DNA of 64,000 bases, from contig NC_087447.1 in assembly GCF_036321535.1 (NCBI RefSeq), positions 34,164,001 to 34,228,000 on the forward strand. Direction: 5' to 3'. Under the pieces are notes generated by a model. The model was not told the DNA's origin, did no database searches, and saw nothing but the letters and a program-made list of their open reading frames with translations. The DNA comes from Camelus dromedarius (Eukaryota). Position numbers and translations under genes: made by a program. Shown piece after piece: positions 1-13,317 of the stretch (position 1 is the first letter of the stretch; every line of letters starts with the position of its first letter).

Positions 1-649
1 CCCTTGGCTTTTTCTGCCCACTGACACTGAACCACCAAAAAGGGTTGAAGCAACACCTGTCAGGGCAGGCCCATAACTCAGGTCTGCTCTGAACAAGACC
101 ATCTGGACCGAGAGAGGTCAAGGACCCACAACAGCACTAGAAGGTGGGGGCCCCCAGGGCTCCCCTGCCAAGGAGGGGACAGGGTGGGGAGGGGAGTGTT
201 ACAGCAACTGTGGAAAAGGGGACTTGAGCCAACCTATTTTTATATGTTCTCTGCTCCACTTGTACCAGAGCAGCTCTCTTCACGTGTAAGATTTTATTTG
301 ACAAAAGGTTTCCATGGGAAAAAAAAAAAAAACCTGTAACAACGTTAATAATCCTGTATTAATAAGAATAACAGCCAGCATTTACAGAGCCTGCACTTGG
401 AGCCAGACACTGTGCTAGAAAGCATTTTTTTTTTAATTGTATCGACGTTCTTCATTTGCACTAAAAATCCAATGAGATAGGTAGTAACAATTCTATTTTA
501 CTAGTGAGGAAACAGGCGTGGGGCTTTTGATGCCCCAAGATCAAATAGATTAGTTTCAGGCAACTTTTATTTCAAAGTCCAGACCTTTCACGAAGTGGAC
601 CATCTCTGGGGTGTGTCCTTTAAAAGGAAGGGTCACGTCATTTCTTCTT

Positions 650-873
650 CCTACTGTTGAGAACATGGACAGAATGATGCACCGACTTGGACCACGTGAA
701 TGTGAGAAATATACCAGATGGAGCCTGGGTCCCTGGATGCCGCAGTAGGGTGTAATTTCTAAATAACTGAGGACCACTCTTAGATGACAGAAAAACACAC
801 TTCTATCTTTTTTAAGCCATTTTTATTTGTGGTCACTGTTAAAGACAGTTGAATTTATATCCCAACTATTACA
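650..873 (+). mobile_element. Old MaLR LTR 3' fragment (MLT1K/L-like)
   Basis: Motifs gagcctgggtccctg, ttaagcca...ttt and terminal ...aactattaca resemble the old MLT1 3' end; boundaries approximate. Confidence 0.5.
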
Positions 874-879
874 TGTCAA

Positions 880-985
880 GTAGGCAGGGGCATTTCTCTT
901 TTGTTGACCGTTTCTCTAGTTCATTAATAGTACCTGGCACATAATAGTAGGTGCGCAATAAATATTTGTTGAATGAATGAATGTT
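880..985 (+). mobile_element. L2 3' end fragment
   Basis: cctggcacataatagtaggtgcgcaataaatatttgttgaatgaatgaatg is the typical L2 tail. Confidence 0.75.
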
Positions 986-2094
986 CAAATGCTATGTCCA
1001 AAAACACAAAAAAAAATCCACACAGTTAAGCGAAGCTCCCAATCTACCCGCCTTAAGGTGAGACAATAATACACTGGACTCTCAAAGTATGTGCTCCTCT
1101 TTTGGTACATGAGGATGGTATCTCCATCAAGTCCTCCATCAAGAGCTTCAGGAGATGCTACAGAGAAGTTCTCTGATCTTTAACTCCTTCCCAGAGGAAA
1201 AAGAGAAAATTTTCCCTCCTGTAGGTTCTTTTTAAAAAATGGGAATGTCAAACAGTTGAGCCAGAATTTAAGTATGGTTTTTGTTCTTCAGAATTTAGGA
1301 TGCTGGCAAAATGTAATCTTTCGGCTGTTATTTTTTCTGCCAATCAAAATCAGCAGCCAACCAAAGAACTGACTTACTGTATTTCTCTGGGGGAATCAAT
1401 GCTGAAACTGAGAGCTGAATTGGACGATTATTCACTACCTCTGATTGTATTATGCCAAATTTGCAAGAACAGGAGGGGGAAAAAAAAGCAGTCATTTATC
1501 CTGATTCTGCCAAGTATGCAGAACATGTGGTATCAGATAGATCAAATAATTTGGGGGATTCACAGTTGTCACTGAGCTACATACAGACTTCTGAGCCTTT
1601 TTACCTGACAGTTGTCTTTTTAATGGAAAAACAGAATTTTTCTTCTGGGGGGAGGGATGTGGTGGGGGGTGGGGGGAGCCAACATACACTGAGGTGGAAA
1701 ATATCCCTAAAGACTGCTCAGCTTTATTCACTCAAATCAGGAAGCAATTTCCTCCAGGTGTCTGTTTTGTTTTATACAACAGGCCTGGCTGTGACAAGCT
1801 AGGGGCAGACTGAGTTTTTGTAGGCGGAGCGCTCATTTAGACAAATCTGGTAGTTCTGCTGTAAAGCTAAGGCACTTTTTAAAAACTAGAGAATCATGAT
1901 GAAGTAGAAAGAATGACAAGGTAATTGTCTTATTCTGCTCTGTGCTACACATCCCCCCTCCTAGAATCATACAAACATAGAACTCTGTGGCTGGGTCAAG
2001 TCCAACTTAGTAGCCTGGTAACCTTGACCTAGCCATTAGCTGAGCTCCAGTTCATTCATAAGTAAAACTAAGAGGAACATCCCTAACCACCATT

Positions 2095-2320
2095 TAGCAA
2101 GTGCCAGTCCAAGTGCCAGGTACTGTACTAAGTGCTTTAAAGAATTTCATTTAACAAAATCATTTAATTAACGATTTTGTTAATTCACACATAAGCATCT
2201 CATGAAGCAGATTCACTGCAGCTCAGAGATGTTAGCGACTTGCCCGAGGTCACGGCTAGGAAGCGAAGGAGCAAGAACTGGAACACTGAAGTCCATGCCC
2301 TAACTCCACGCACTCCATTA
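2095..2320 (-). mobile_element. MIR SINE
   Basis: gtgccaggtactgtactaagtgcttta ... gctcagagatgttagcgacttgcccgaggtcac resembles the reverse MIR consensus. Confidence 0.7.
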
Positions 2321-5106
2321 AATGCAGATGGTGACCAAAGCTCTCTTCCTTCACCACGAGGAGCAAAGGAGTCAGGATGGGAGAGCATCTTGCAAAGATC
2401 TCTGCATGCAGATTGACTTGACTTTCATCCCACTACTAATACTGGGCTTTCTTTAAGTAAGGAATAGCTGAACCCAATACTGGTGGAATTGTTGTCTTCC
2501 ATAAGCAGAGTGGGACCAGGGGGCACCCCAAAATTTCTCTCTGATCTGACTTCATAGAGGGAGAGAGGACTGCGCTTCCTGAGGCCCTGTGCATTCTCAA
2601 GTACCCACAGTTTACAAGCAGCCTCTCACGGCCCCATCCAGGCCGACTGCAGATCGCTGGCAAGCTCCGCTCTGTTCCTCTCTGAACTAGGGCCCCGTGC
2701 GAGGCGGGCTTTGGCCTGTGTGCCTCGTCTGCCTCACCAGGCTTGCTGGAGGCAGCCCAGTTAATACACAGCTCTCACTGTCTGCCGTGATGACTCAGAC
2801 ACTCCTGGCAACATCTGCTCTGTTTCTGTAAGACTCAAAGGGCTCTTCACGTGCATGACGGTGAAAAAGGATTCAAGGAGCTTCTCACCCGCGTCGTGTA
2901 GGGCTGTGAGATATAATGTGCAAACCAGGCTCGCTCACGAACCAGCCTGGAGGTTTGAGCGCACACTTACACATGCCAAAGCTTATTAAATGTTGTTCCA
3001 GGGGATCTCTGTCATCTTGAATAATGAATTCTGGAGGTACAGGAACCAGGGATATGATTGAGGCTCAAAGTTATTTGGTGATGTTTCTCCTTGGAATCCT
3101 AAAACAACCACAACATTTCGTGTTTGTTCCTCCATCCATCCAGCTCCATCCCATTGCTCCAACATTTCTGACTCTTCTATTCCCAGGACTTTCCCAGGCG
3201 CTGGAGATACCGTGATGAATGTAAGATCTATGCTTTTAAGAGGTTCTAAGTCTTATGGGTGAGACAGACCATAAAGCAGAAGTAACAACAAAGTGTGAAG
3301 CTACTGTGGTAGGCGAATGTTTATGGGACTAGGGATCACACAGTGGGTTCCTTAACTTAGTCTGGGAGCAAGAGGTGGTCCAGGAAGTCATTCAAGCCAT
3401 GTTTTACCCCTCTTGGATGGAACTTTCAGAACTTAATTCTTTACAAAGCATTAAAAGGAAATAAAGTGTCCAGGCAACCAAAGCTAATGATTAAAATCAA
3501 AATATATGATTCTCCACTTGATCAGGGTAAAATCTGGTCAGCCAAATGCATTCATGATACTAACCACAACCAGGAGCTTGGGGACATGGCCACTGTATCA
3601 AGGCATAACGAAAAATGGGACATGTAACCCAATGAGAATGTTATTCGTCCCTGCTCACCCAGCACGCATATACTCCACTCAGCACAAGTCCTGAATTTGT
3701 TTCCACAATGAGCGATCCTTACAAGTCACCTCCCAGTCAGGGCTGGAGAAAACAGGCATACAGACCCCTCTCTCGTTCTTTCCCAAATCTGGCTGACAAG
3801 CCATGAGCAAAGTTGATGGTCTCCAATAACATCCAGCCAACTACTGATCAAGTCACTCCCAGCTGTCAGTCCAGAAGCCATGAATTCAAGGCCAGTGGCT
3901 GAACGTCTATCAAGAGACACATGACACAGTCACAAAGATGAGTGACAGACACCCAAACGCAATTTTATGCACCCAATTTGGGACTTAGAGGAGGAAACGA
4001 AGGCAGGAAAAGACAACTAGCATTAGCCCCGCACCAGCAAGGACTGAGCTTGGCAACCGGGTTCTTTTCCTGAATTTTCACAACCATCCCAGGAGGAGAG
4101 CAGTGTCAAGCCTGTTTCACAGAGCAGTAAATCAGGCTCAGGGATGTCAAGCCCCTGGCCTGATAACACACACCTGGCAAATGCAAAGGTGAGATTCAAG
4201 CCAAAGTCTGTCCAACATGGAGGCTACAGCCTGCTGCCCCACCCTCACTCTGCTTTGTAAAAATTAATAGACCTATGGGAGCAAAGCTATGGAGTCAGGG
4301 GGCTGTGGGATGAGAAGTGGATACGAGATTATCTCACGGAAGCCACTCTCTGTTAGGGTAACGAGAACACCAGAATTTCTGTTAGGATGGGAGAGTTGTC
4401 TCTCGTAGAATTCCTCGATGAGCCATTTGGGCCAGAAGCTGAGGTCCTATGGGGACCTGAACATCTTGCAGAAGACAAGGGAGACAGTGGCTTGGTTCCA
4501 TCAAAAAGAGAAAAAGAGGGAAAAGAAGTGGGCGGGACAAGCAAGCCAAGGAGATACGTGATATGTAACACGTCCTTCCCTATGGCATTACCAAAAACTG
4601 CCGCAAAAGCTACTGAAGAATGGGCAATGCTTGCCATAAGTGGGTCTCTCTTGGCAGCCTGCAAGGAAGTAGGCTTCCGTTTCAGGGTGCTGGTGGAACA
4701 CAGACACCTTCCCAGAGAGCAGCTGGGGAAGCAGTCCATGGGAACTCACAGCAATCCTGCAGTGGGTTCCAGACAGTTCAGTCAGATCTCCCAAGAGCCA
4801 AAAGGTCTTGGCAAGTGTGAGGGTTGGTTAGTGCAGGTCCGGGACAGCTGATCTCTAGTTACACCAGAATCTCCTGCTCTGGCAACAAGGGCCAGCCAGG
4901 CATCTCTTCCTCCTGGCCTTAGCTCGCTCTCCTTCACCTCGCCCAGCACCCCCACCTCCCTAACCCACTCCCCCTGTGAGGGTCACAGCCCAACTCACGC
5001 TCTTCTCATCTCCCCGTCCTCTGTCCTTTACAGTTCTTAGCCCTTTGTACTTACCAAGCCTGGTCCAGACTTCGCTCAGTCTAAGTACCCGTCTCCTTCT
5101 CTAGGA

Positions 5107-5327
5107 CAGAGGAGAGCAAACCAGGGCCTAAAGGCCATATCTGGCCCACAACCCATTTCTGTAAATAAAGTTTTACTGGAAGCAGCCCTGCTCCTTCATT
5201 TACATATTGTCTGTAGTTATCTGCTCACTACAATGAGGGGACTAAGTACTTGCAACAGAGACCTTATGTCCCTGTAAAGCCCAAACATTTACTGTCTGGC
5301 CTTTTAAGAGAAAGTTTGCTGACCTTG
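5107..5327. mobile_element. MER58A-like hAT-Charlie DNA transposon
   Basis: Internal gtaaataaagttttactggaa and tttactgtctggccttttaagagaaagtttgctgacc; 8-bp target duplication ctctagga (5099-5106) / ctctagaa (5328-5335). Confidence 0.85.
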
Positions 5328-5879
5328 CTCTAGAATATTAATTCCTCCAGCCCTGGGGCTCTGTCTCACTCATCTTTTTATCTCTAGTACCTGATACAGG
5401 ATAAATGTTGCTTGATTAAGTGGCTGGATGCAAGCTTGAGGGTTAGATAAACAGTAGGTCAGTTACTACAAAGATGCTAATTAGAAGTGCTTTAAATAAC
5501 TGAAAAGAGATATTCTAGTGAACTGTGCTTTCCAGTTAAGCCAGTTAATGACGATAACAAAAGATTTTTATGTTTTAACGCATATTGATTCGCTTTTTTC
5601 TCAAAAGCATGTTACCCCATTTCTCTTCCTTAGTACTCGGGTCTCACTGAGAGCTCTGTGTGATGTTTCAAGCTGCATTTCTGAACATTAGTATCCATTA
5701 CTGAAGAATCTCACAGAGAGCTTTAGATGTCATTTGGAAAGAGGATAATTTGTCTTCCAGTTAAATGCTGAAAGTTATTGCTTTTCGGTACATATACCAC
5801 AAATATCAGCTTATTTCCCCATCTTCAGCTCTTCATGATTTTAATCATTTAATGATTTTAATCACGGAAAATGGCTCAA

Positions 5880-6045
5880 TAACTCATTGAGCATACATTG
5901 TGTAAAAGGCACTCTCCTAAGTACTTTACTTGCATTGACTAATTTATTCCTCATAATCACCCTAAGTAGTAGATCCTGCTACACCCCTATTTTACAGATG
6001 AGAAAACTGAGGCTTAGAAAGATTATGCAGCTTGTCAAATGAGAG
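5880..6045 (-). mobile_element. MIR SINE
   Basis: Reverse MIR core attttacagatgagaaaactgaggctta. Confidence 0.8.
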
Positions 6046-6099
6046 GTACACTTCTACTGGCTCCAGTGTCTGAGTTATAAATAATTATTCTATAGTTGA

Positions 6100-7040
6100 T
6101 TCACTCATTCATTTATTCACTCTACCAACAAGTATTTATCTAAGTGTCTATATACCAAGTTCTCTGATGGCAACAGAGAGAAAAGAGCTTAAGGCTCACT
6201 CCCCAACCTCAAAGAGCTCACCTGCGAAGGAAGCACGGACAAGATAACCACAGGCCAGTGAACGAAAAATACTGCAAACCGTATCAGTAAACAAAGAATG
6301 CAGAAACCATCAAGTCTTCAGCAGCTGCCGCCACCCCCCAGTGAAGACAAGCCTGCAGCCCGGCCTCTGCAGCCACTCACAGTGGTGCTCTCTGAGGGGA
6401 CTCAGAATAAGAAAGGGCAAGATACTGGCCCTAGATAGCTAGGGGCTTGTCAAAGGAATGAATTCAATGAGCCCAAATGTTTGCTTCCTCCCATACATAG
6501 AAAAGCACTAAATTCTTTAACTTGAGATGCCGGGTTTTCTTTAGATAACAAGTAATCTTTTATTGTTCCAACTACCTGGTCTTTGTTGTAAAGCTCCTAC
6601 ATATCCTAGCTCCTCCCCTACCTCTTCAGAGCATCTGAGAGGCTGTCATCCTGGCTCAAGTCCTCCGGCCAAATAGCACATAACTCTCAACTTTTAGGCT
6701 GTGCATTTATTTCAGTCGACAGGCATGATGAGGATGACCAGAGAAGAAGGGCAGGGTGCAGTGGGAACTCAGAGAAGGGGTTTCAAACTTAGTGCAGGAA
6801 AGGCTTTCTAGAGGAAACAGTCTGACCTGAAACCTAAAAGGTGAAAGAGAAACTTGGTGGGAAGAAGAGTGAGGAGTAAGGAGGGCAGAAAGCACTTCAG
6901 ACAACAGCACCGACAAAGGCCACACAGGTGGCAAAACACGGACCCTTCATAAAACCACTAACTATTCCATATGGCGGATGCCTCCAGTGAGAAGGCAGGC
7001 CTGTTCCCAGGGGCTTCGCAGGCCATGGTGATGTGTCGAC
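6100..7040 (-). mobile_element. L2 fragment interrupted by a solo LTR
   Basis: Begins with the reverse L2 tail tcattcatttattcac...caagtatttat; after the LTR it continues with L2-like ggaaaggctttctagagga...acctgaaacctaaaaggtg. Boundaries approximate. Confidence 0.65.
6257..6721 (+). mobile_element. Solo ERV1-like LTR (~465 bp), artiodactyl type
   Basis: Ends in ...gcatttatttcagtcgaCA, has imperfect terminal inverted similarity and near-matching 4-bp flanks ggcc/ggca; its composition interrupts the L2. Family name not assigned. Confidence 0.75.
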
Positions 7041-8002
7041 ACCCTCTACCTGGTCAGAGAGGAGAAACAGTAATTAAGTATTCCAAGGCCCACTTGACAA
7101 GTTTCCCTTTCAAAACAAGTCATTTTCCTCTTTATGAAAATCAGATAACTTCTGACTGGGGATTCCCTCTCACCAAAAAGTAAGACCCTGATGGACTCCA
7201 TGAAACCACAATGGCAGGTAGAAAGTCAACACACGATAAATATGCACCAAATGAATGGCACTGGATGGGTGCAGCAAAGCCGCGTACCATCTTTGAGTTA
7301 AAATAAATTATTAACTGGAGGTTGTCAGCTATGAGCTTTGGAGATGGAGGAATGGGAAAAAACAGTACGATTTTAACAGCTGGTACCAGAGCTCCTCTTA
7401 GAAGCTTGTTTAGGAAATACTGTGGACATAGGCCACCCTGAGTGTGGAAGAGGAGGCTGTGGGGCATGGACTGGAAGGAGACCAGAAAACAGAGATCAAC
7501 AGCTCAGTGTAAGAAAGGAAAAGAGAGAAGGAGAACTGAACAATATAGTAGGAAGATGGAGTCTTAAAAAGAAAACAAAAACCAGTCCCTGAGAAATTCC
7601 TAGTGGCAGGGCAGCTGAAGGACTTTGAGGAACAGAAACATCCAATATTCAATTTGAAGCTCTTTGTATTGTAACACTGAAACCCCTCCATGGCCCTAAA
7701 CTCTCAGGAAATATCTGTGCCTGAAGCCTTACATCACTCTTTTGAGGACAAGATGAGTTGGGGCAGTTCCAGTGGCTAAGACAGGGATATTGCACACAGG
7801 ATGGTAAGACACATGATCTACAAGCTCAAGTATTTCATCACAACAGGAACTAGGAACAAATACTGACCAACAATAACGTAACCCCACCCACACCCCCAAC
7901 AAAACCAAAGAAGTAAAACACAACACTTTCAGAAAGATTAGGAAGGCCACTGTCTTCTTCCACCTGTGAGTTGCTGAATCAGTCAATTTCATTTGAATCT
8001 CC

Positions 8003-8207
8003 CTGGTAGGCTGGTGAATATCTAACAACTAACTCTCTGAAGAAGACCAAGCAAGTTCTTACTCATAGCGTGCTGATTCCTGTGGTGTAAAGACTCCCAC
8101 CGCCGCAGATATCAAGCTACCAACACGAAATCGACAGTCTTGTGAGACTCAAAATTTTTTAACTGACTCTCATGAGCCGGTACAAGCTGGTTCGTGATGC
8201 CCACGGC
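8003..8207. mobile_element. MER63-like hAT-Blackjack fragment
   Basis: gctggtgaatatctaacaac..., ggtgtaaagactcccacc..., gagccggtacaagctgg resemble MER63 from recall. Confidence 0.6.
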
Positions 8208-10486
8208 TGGCATTTAGGTTAATGGTGGTTTCCATGGATGAAGTCCTTGTCTTGGCTTTGACCAGAAGAAGTTTTACCCATAGTAATGTTAGCTTTTGGA
8301 GACTAGGCACTACCTACAGGAGGGTAAGGGAGGGCAAGGGATGAGAAAGGCACAGAGGCGGGCACCATGCATCAGGGAGCCGTCACGGGATCAAGGTGCA
8401 TTAGCACTGAAAGGAAGCACTCACTCGGCTGGTGTGATCCCCTTCCTCAACGAGGAGGAACCCAAGGCCCAGGGAGCACGATTACTGCTCAAGGTCACTC
8501 TTCAAATTAGTAGCAGGTCTGGAACTGGAGTTGGGGCTGCCTGCCTCCCTCTCCTCTGAGCCTCAAAGTCCTCCTCTCAGGGCAAGGCAGGGAGGAACTT
8601 GGCTTGCAACTAGGCAAGGGCACACATGGGCAGCTCTGGCTAAAGTTTTACATTTTACTAGCTTACCATTTGGAGAACTTCTGACTCTGTATGAAGATGA
8701 AGAGTTCTGCCAGGGATCTGGGTGAGCAGAAGAAAGCCAACCAGAGACTCAGCTAATAGGAAGCGAAGACCCAACTGGGGTGACCAGCAACAAAGGAATG
8801 AGCGGACAGCCTTCTCCAAGAGTTTCCAAGGATGTGGATGGAAGTACAGGGCTGATGGGATCTTCCCAATTGTGAAAGGATCCCCCCCACCCCCCCACCC
8901 CCGTCCCATGGTGATAAGCAGGAAACAGGAGGGGCAGAAAAGGGAGGTCCTTGTTACAATCTTAAATCTCCAAACCTCCCAAATATAAAATGTACCAGGC
9001 AATGTCTCCCTCTCATTGAAAAGAAGATCAAATTAGGCATCCTAAATGTTTTTCAAATGATTTCTGGCCTGGTTATGTTACAGAAAACAGGGCAGGGTGA
9101 TTCAAACCTGCTGTCAATACAGAGCGAAGGAAAGAAAAATGCCAGCTATTCCGCAGCTGTCCGGCCGGAATCCTGGAGGAGCTGCTTTCATGACAACTCT
9201 GATGCATAGAAACAAGCCAACTTCCAGAGCAGGAGTTAAACCAAATAAACCTGAAGGATATCAATTTAGGAGGAGAGTCTTAAAATAGCAGCCAGGAATG
9301 CATGGGTTCCCTTGGACAACTCAGATTACATGCCCTGTCCCTGCCTTAAACAAAACTATGCACTCAAAGTCTCTGTTTCATCTAGTTTCCCTCTTGAGTT
9401 GCCAATAAATTTTCAGCTCGTGGAAGCCAATCTAGCGGCAAACATGCTGGATGAGTAAACGTACCAAGTGATGCTCCTCGGAGGGGCGGACAGGGTACCG
9501 AGCTATATTAGACATAGACTGGGTCCCTAGAAAACTATCCCAGGGTTAGAAAGAGACCCACCCACAGGGCCACATTCCCAAGGGTAAGGATTTCCAGCTA
9601 AGCTAGTGAGATGGTCTTCATGAAGATGGGCGTTTAAAATTAACCCTCCAGGACACAGTCATTCACTTAATGAATGTCTCTTCTGTGCCAGGTCACAGGA
9701 ACACAACGATCAACAGTGATCAATCTCCTTGGGGTGGATAAGGAGTCAAGCATTCTAAAATATTACATTTAAACAGTTTTTTTTTGTTTTATTTAACATT
9801 TTTGTAACCAGCAGTACAGACATTAAAGTCCAAATGTATTTAAGTGGAATGTAAATATTTGCTCCAAGCTGTGGGTATTTGAAAGCAGAACAGCCTTTTT
9901 CAAGAGATAGAGAAATGCGTGAGAATCACTTTTTTGCACTTTTTTTTTGGCAAGCAAACAGGCCAAAATGTCCTAGAGTTCAGATATAAATCCCACTTCT
10001 ACTTTTTCTATTTCAAAAACATTGCCCTCAGCTCATGTCGTTTTTGACAGTTCCCTAACCTTTTATTTAATGAGATAAAATTAAAGAATTACTATCAAAC
10101 ATAGACAATTTGCTTAGAAAACAGAATGGAAGCATCCCAAGAAGTTACCCGGCTGAGATCTGACTGAGCAGAAGTTCAGCGATGGGATCCCTTCAAGCCG
10201 TCAGGGCGGCCACAGCGGCGATGGGAGGCATCCCGTGTGTTCAGACACTGGGGAACTTACTGGGATTTAGCTGGCCCAGGTCTTCATCTCCACACAGCTC
10301 AGTCAGGTCCCTTGTGTCCACAGGTAAAACGATCACTGGGTCAGGATGTGCCTTCCTTTATACTGTAAGCTCATCAAGTCAGCAAAGCTCCTTGGGCAGT
10401 TCTGCCCCCAGGCTGGGATTTCTCACTCCACGATGTTAGGAAAACTGATTTCTGCCCTGATTGGTCCATGCAGGCACACTAGGTCA

Positions 10487-10509
10487 TTAAAAGGATTCTA
10501 GTACTAATT

Positions 10510-10562
<53 letters not shown>

Positions 10563-11332
10563 CTGGGGACTCGGGGGTTCCCCATGCATTGCAGCAATTC
10601 TCTGATGCCAGCCATGTGTCCTATAATTCAACTCAGTTCCGAGTTAGCGTCAAATTCCATGGGTGAAGGGTTCAATCTCACAAGACTGCCTCCCATCCCC
10701 ACTCCCCACCAACTTCAGACATCAGTCACAAGCCTGTTTTTCTGAATGACCAGCTACTGACTGAAGGTTCCCATGATCCCCTCCTTGGGTTTGACTAATT
10801 TGTTAGAGCAGCTCACAGAACTCAGAGAAATATTTCACTTACTAGATCACTGGTTTATTATAAAAGGATGTAACTCAGGAACAGCCAGACAGAAGAGATG
10901 CAGAGGGCAAAATATAGGGAAAGGACCAGGGCCTGCCATGACCTCCATTCTCCCCTTGGTGATCTTCTTATGGTCACCAACCTGGAAGCTCTCCAAACCC
11001 TGTCCTGCCGGGTTTTTATGGCAGCTTCATTACAGATGATTGATTAAATCCTTGGCCATCGGTGCTTGCACTCAATCTCTAGTCCCTCTCCCTTCCCCGA
11101 GGTCAAAGGGTGGGACTCAAAGTTCCAACCCTTTAATCACATGGTTGGCTCCACTGGCCATGGCCCTATCCTTAGGTGCGGTCCAAAGTCACTGCATCAA
11201 CATAATAAAAGACATCTTTATCACTCTCATCACATCTCATCACTTAGGAAATTCCAAGACTTAAAGGAGCTCTGTGTCAAAAATGAGGATGAAGAACAAT
11301 AAACATTTCTTATTATAAATCACAACATCACA
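10487..11332 (-). mobile_element. MER21-like solo LTR
   Basis: The reverse complement starts TGTGATGTTGTGATTTATAATAAGAAAT. Internal cccctccttgggtttgactaatttgttagagcagctcacagaactcag is characteristic. A gtca(tt) direct repeat lies at 10483 and 11333. Confidence 0.8.
10510..10560. repeat. Compound microsatellite (TC)n(TG)n
   Basis: Directly visible. Confidence 0.97.
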
Positions 11333-11809
11333 GTCATTCACTTCTAAGGCCAATTTGGAATTGTCCAAGAGTTCTCACAGTAAGAAGATTGGCCAGAACA
11401 CTAAAGAGATTCAGGAAACCTGGGTTCTGTTCCCATTTCGGCCACCGTCTGTTCTTTCAACAAAGATTTACTGAACATGAGGCATGCTCCCTGTCTGCAT
11501 AGAACTTAAGAATCTATCTTGCACTGATTTGCTGGGTAGAAGTGAGAAAGTGACTTTGCCTGCTTCACACAGATACACAAAGAAAGCTCTCAGCTGTCCT
11601 TCCCTTGATCCTGCCATGCTCTCTCTCACCGGCTAGTCTCTGGGCACGCTGTTCCCTCTGCCTAGAACACTCTCTTCCTGTTGCATGGCGTTAACTCACC
11701 ATCCCACCGGCATTCACTGGTTTTGGTCATAGCTGCATCTCCAGTGACTTATACAGTACTTGACACAGAAAAGGGGCTCATGGATGGGTAAGTTTAGTCA
11801 AAGCTAGCT

Positions 11810-12075
11810 TGTATGATGGTTAAAAGCAAAATACTAGCTTTGAAATCATGCAGATCCTAGTTCAAATCTCCACTCTGGCCCTTTTCAGCTATGGGATGTA
11901 GGCAACTTATTGAACCACTTTGAGCCTCGGCGTCTGTGTCTGGGAAATGGATCAGATACTACTGACATTCCCAGGTAGTGGTGTGAGGGGTTAAGTGAGA
12001 TTATGGATGCAAAGTAAAGCACCTCCAAGCACCTGAACACCGAATAACCAGCAAATACGGTGACCATTATCTTCA
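11810..12075 (+). mobile_element. MIR SINE, near full length
   Basis: tggttaaaagc...cctagttcaaatc...gagcctcggcgtctgtgtctgggaaatgg...gtgaggggttaagtgagat. Confidence 0.75.
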
Positions 12076-12179
12076 TCACTGCTGTTACATGTCCTTTTCT
12101 GTGCAGTCCACCACCTCACCTACAACAAAGAAGGCCCTGAAGTTATTTACAAGGCAGGGCTTTGTAACAGCTGCCTGCT

Positions 12180-12180
<1 letters not shown>

Positions 12181-12253
<73 letters not shown>
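12181..12253. repeat. Long perfect (AC)n microsatellite, about 36 units
   Basis: Directly visible. Confidence 0.98.
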
Positions 12254-12254
<1 letters not shown>

Positions 12255-12833
12255 GGCTTTACAACAGCAATGAAGAGGAGGAGGAGAACAATCACTTCTT
12301 CTAATGTCAGTAATTGTGGACCCTTTGACCGGCCTGTCTTACGAAAGCCCACATGAGAAGTGGGAGAAGAAAAAGACCAGCAGGAGCCTGCTCCTGAAGA
12401 AACGTGCTTCCCAGAGCTTCCACAGGACCCCTAACCACAGACCCAGAGAACTGCGCCAGGGTTCACAACCAGGAATCTCTTCCTTACCCCCTGGGAATCT
12501 GTGTTTGCCCAGGGTATGGAAAGCTGTTTCTGTGCATTACATCAAATGACAACTCCAAGTTATGATCTGTTTTTATCTGTATCAGAGCAAAAAGATAAAT
12601 TTTTCAGCCATTACTTAAAATTCCTAGATGGGCACCAAAGGCTTTCTACACTTTGATTCCAGAGGGAATGGACAGAGCAGGGTGGTCTGTTACGTGCCTC
12701 AAAGCAACTAACACTCACTGCCCGGGGCTCTCCTGGAACGGGGGCAGCTTCTGGAATTCGGTTCCTAGAAAAAGGGGGCTCATTCTCTACTCCAGGATCA
12801 GCCTAGCCAAACTGGATGAAAGTTAAATAGATA

Positions 12834-13099
12834 GCGGTGGAAAAAAATACAACTAGTAAATAGAACAAAAAGAATCAGACTCACAGATACAGAGAATAAA
12901 TTAGTGGTTACCAGTTGGGGAAAGGACAATATAGGGATGGGGGAGTGGCAGGTACAAACTACTGGGTATAAGACAGGCTCAAGAATGAATTGTACAACAT
13001 GGGAAATACAGCCAATACTTTGTAATAATGGTACATGGAAAGTACCCTTTAAAATTGTATGAAAATTAAAAGATTAAATTAATTTAAAAATTTAAAAAC
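12834..13099 (+). mobile_element. 5'-truncated L1 3' end with A-rich tail and perfect 15-bp TSD
   Basis: cagactcacagatacagagaataaattagtggttaccag... is L1 3'UTR-like; TSD aaagttaaatagata at 12819-12833 and 13100-13114. Confidence 0.9.
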
Positions 13100-13175
13100 A
13101 AAGTTAAATAGATATAGGGAAAGGCGGACTAGGAATTTTCTTTTGTGTTGCCCTTGTGACAAAAGCAATACTCTT

Positions 13176-13317
13176 TTTTTTAAAAATATTTCTTTTATTT
13201 TGGGGGGAGGCAATTAGGTTTGTTTGTTTGTTTGTTTTAATGGAGATTCTGGGGATTGAATCCAGGACCCCATGCATGCTAAGCACGTGCTCTACCACTG
13301 AGCTATACCCTCCCCCC
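13176..13317 (-). mobile_element. tRNA-Ala-derived SINE (camelid Vic-1-like)
   Basis: The minus strand reads GGGGGGAGGGTATAGCTCAGTGGTAGAGCACGTGCTTAGCATGCATGGGGTCCTGGATTCAATCCCCAG (A and B boxes), then an A-rich tail. TSD agcaatactctt / agcaatgctctt. Confidence 0.9.

Noticed and set aside
4353..4851. Overlapping 128-154 aa ORFs on both strands
   Set aside because: No recognisable protein, no convincing exon boundaries and no retrocopy hallmarks (poly-A, TSD); consistent with chance.
13240..13317. tRNA-Ala-like sequence (also at about 43370-43457, 47205-47285 and 48982-49060)
   Set aside because: These are diverged copies, mostly with A-rich tails and TSDs, so SINE heads rather than functional tRNA genes.
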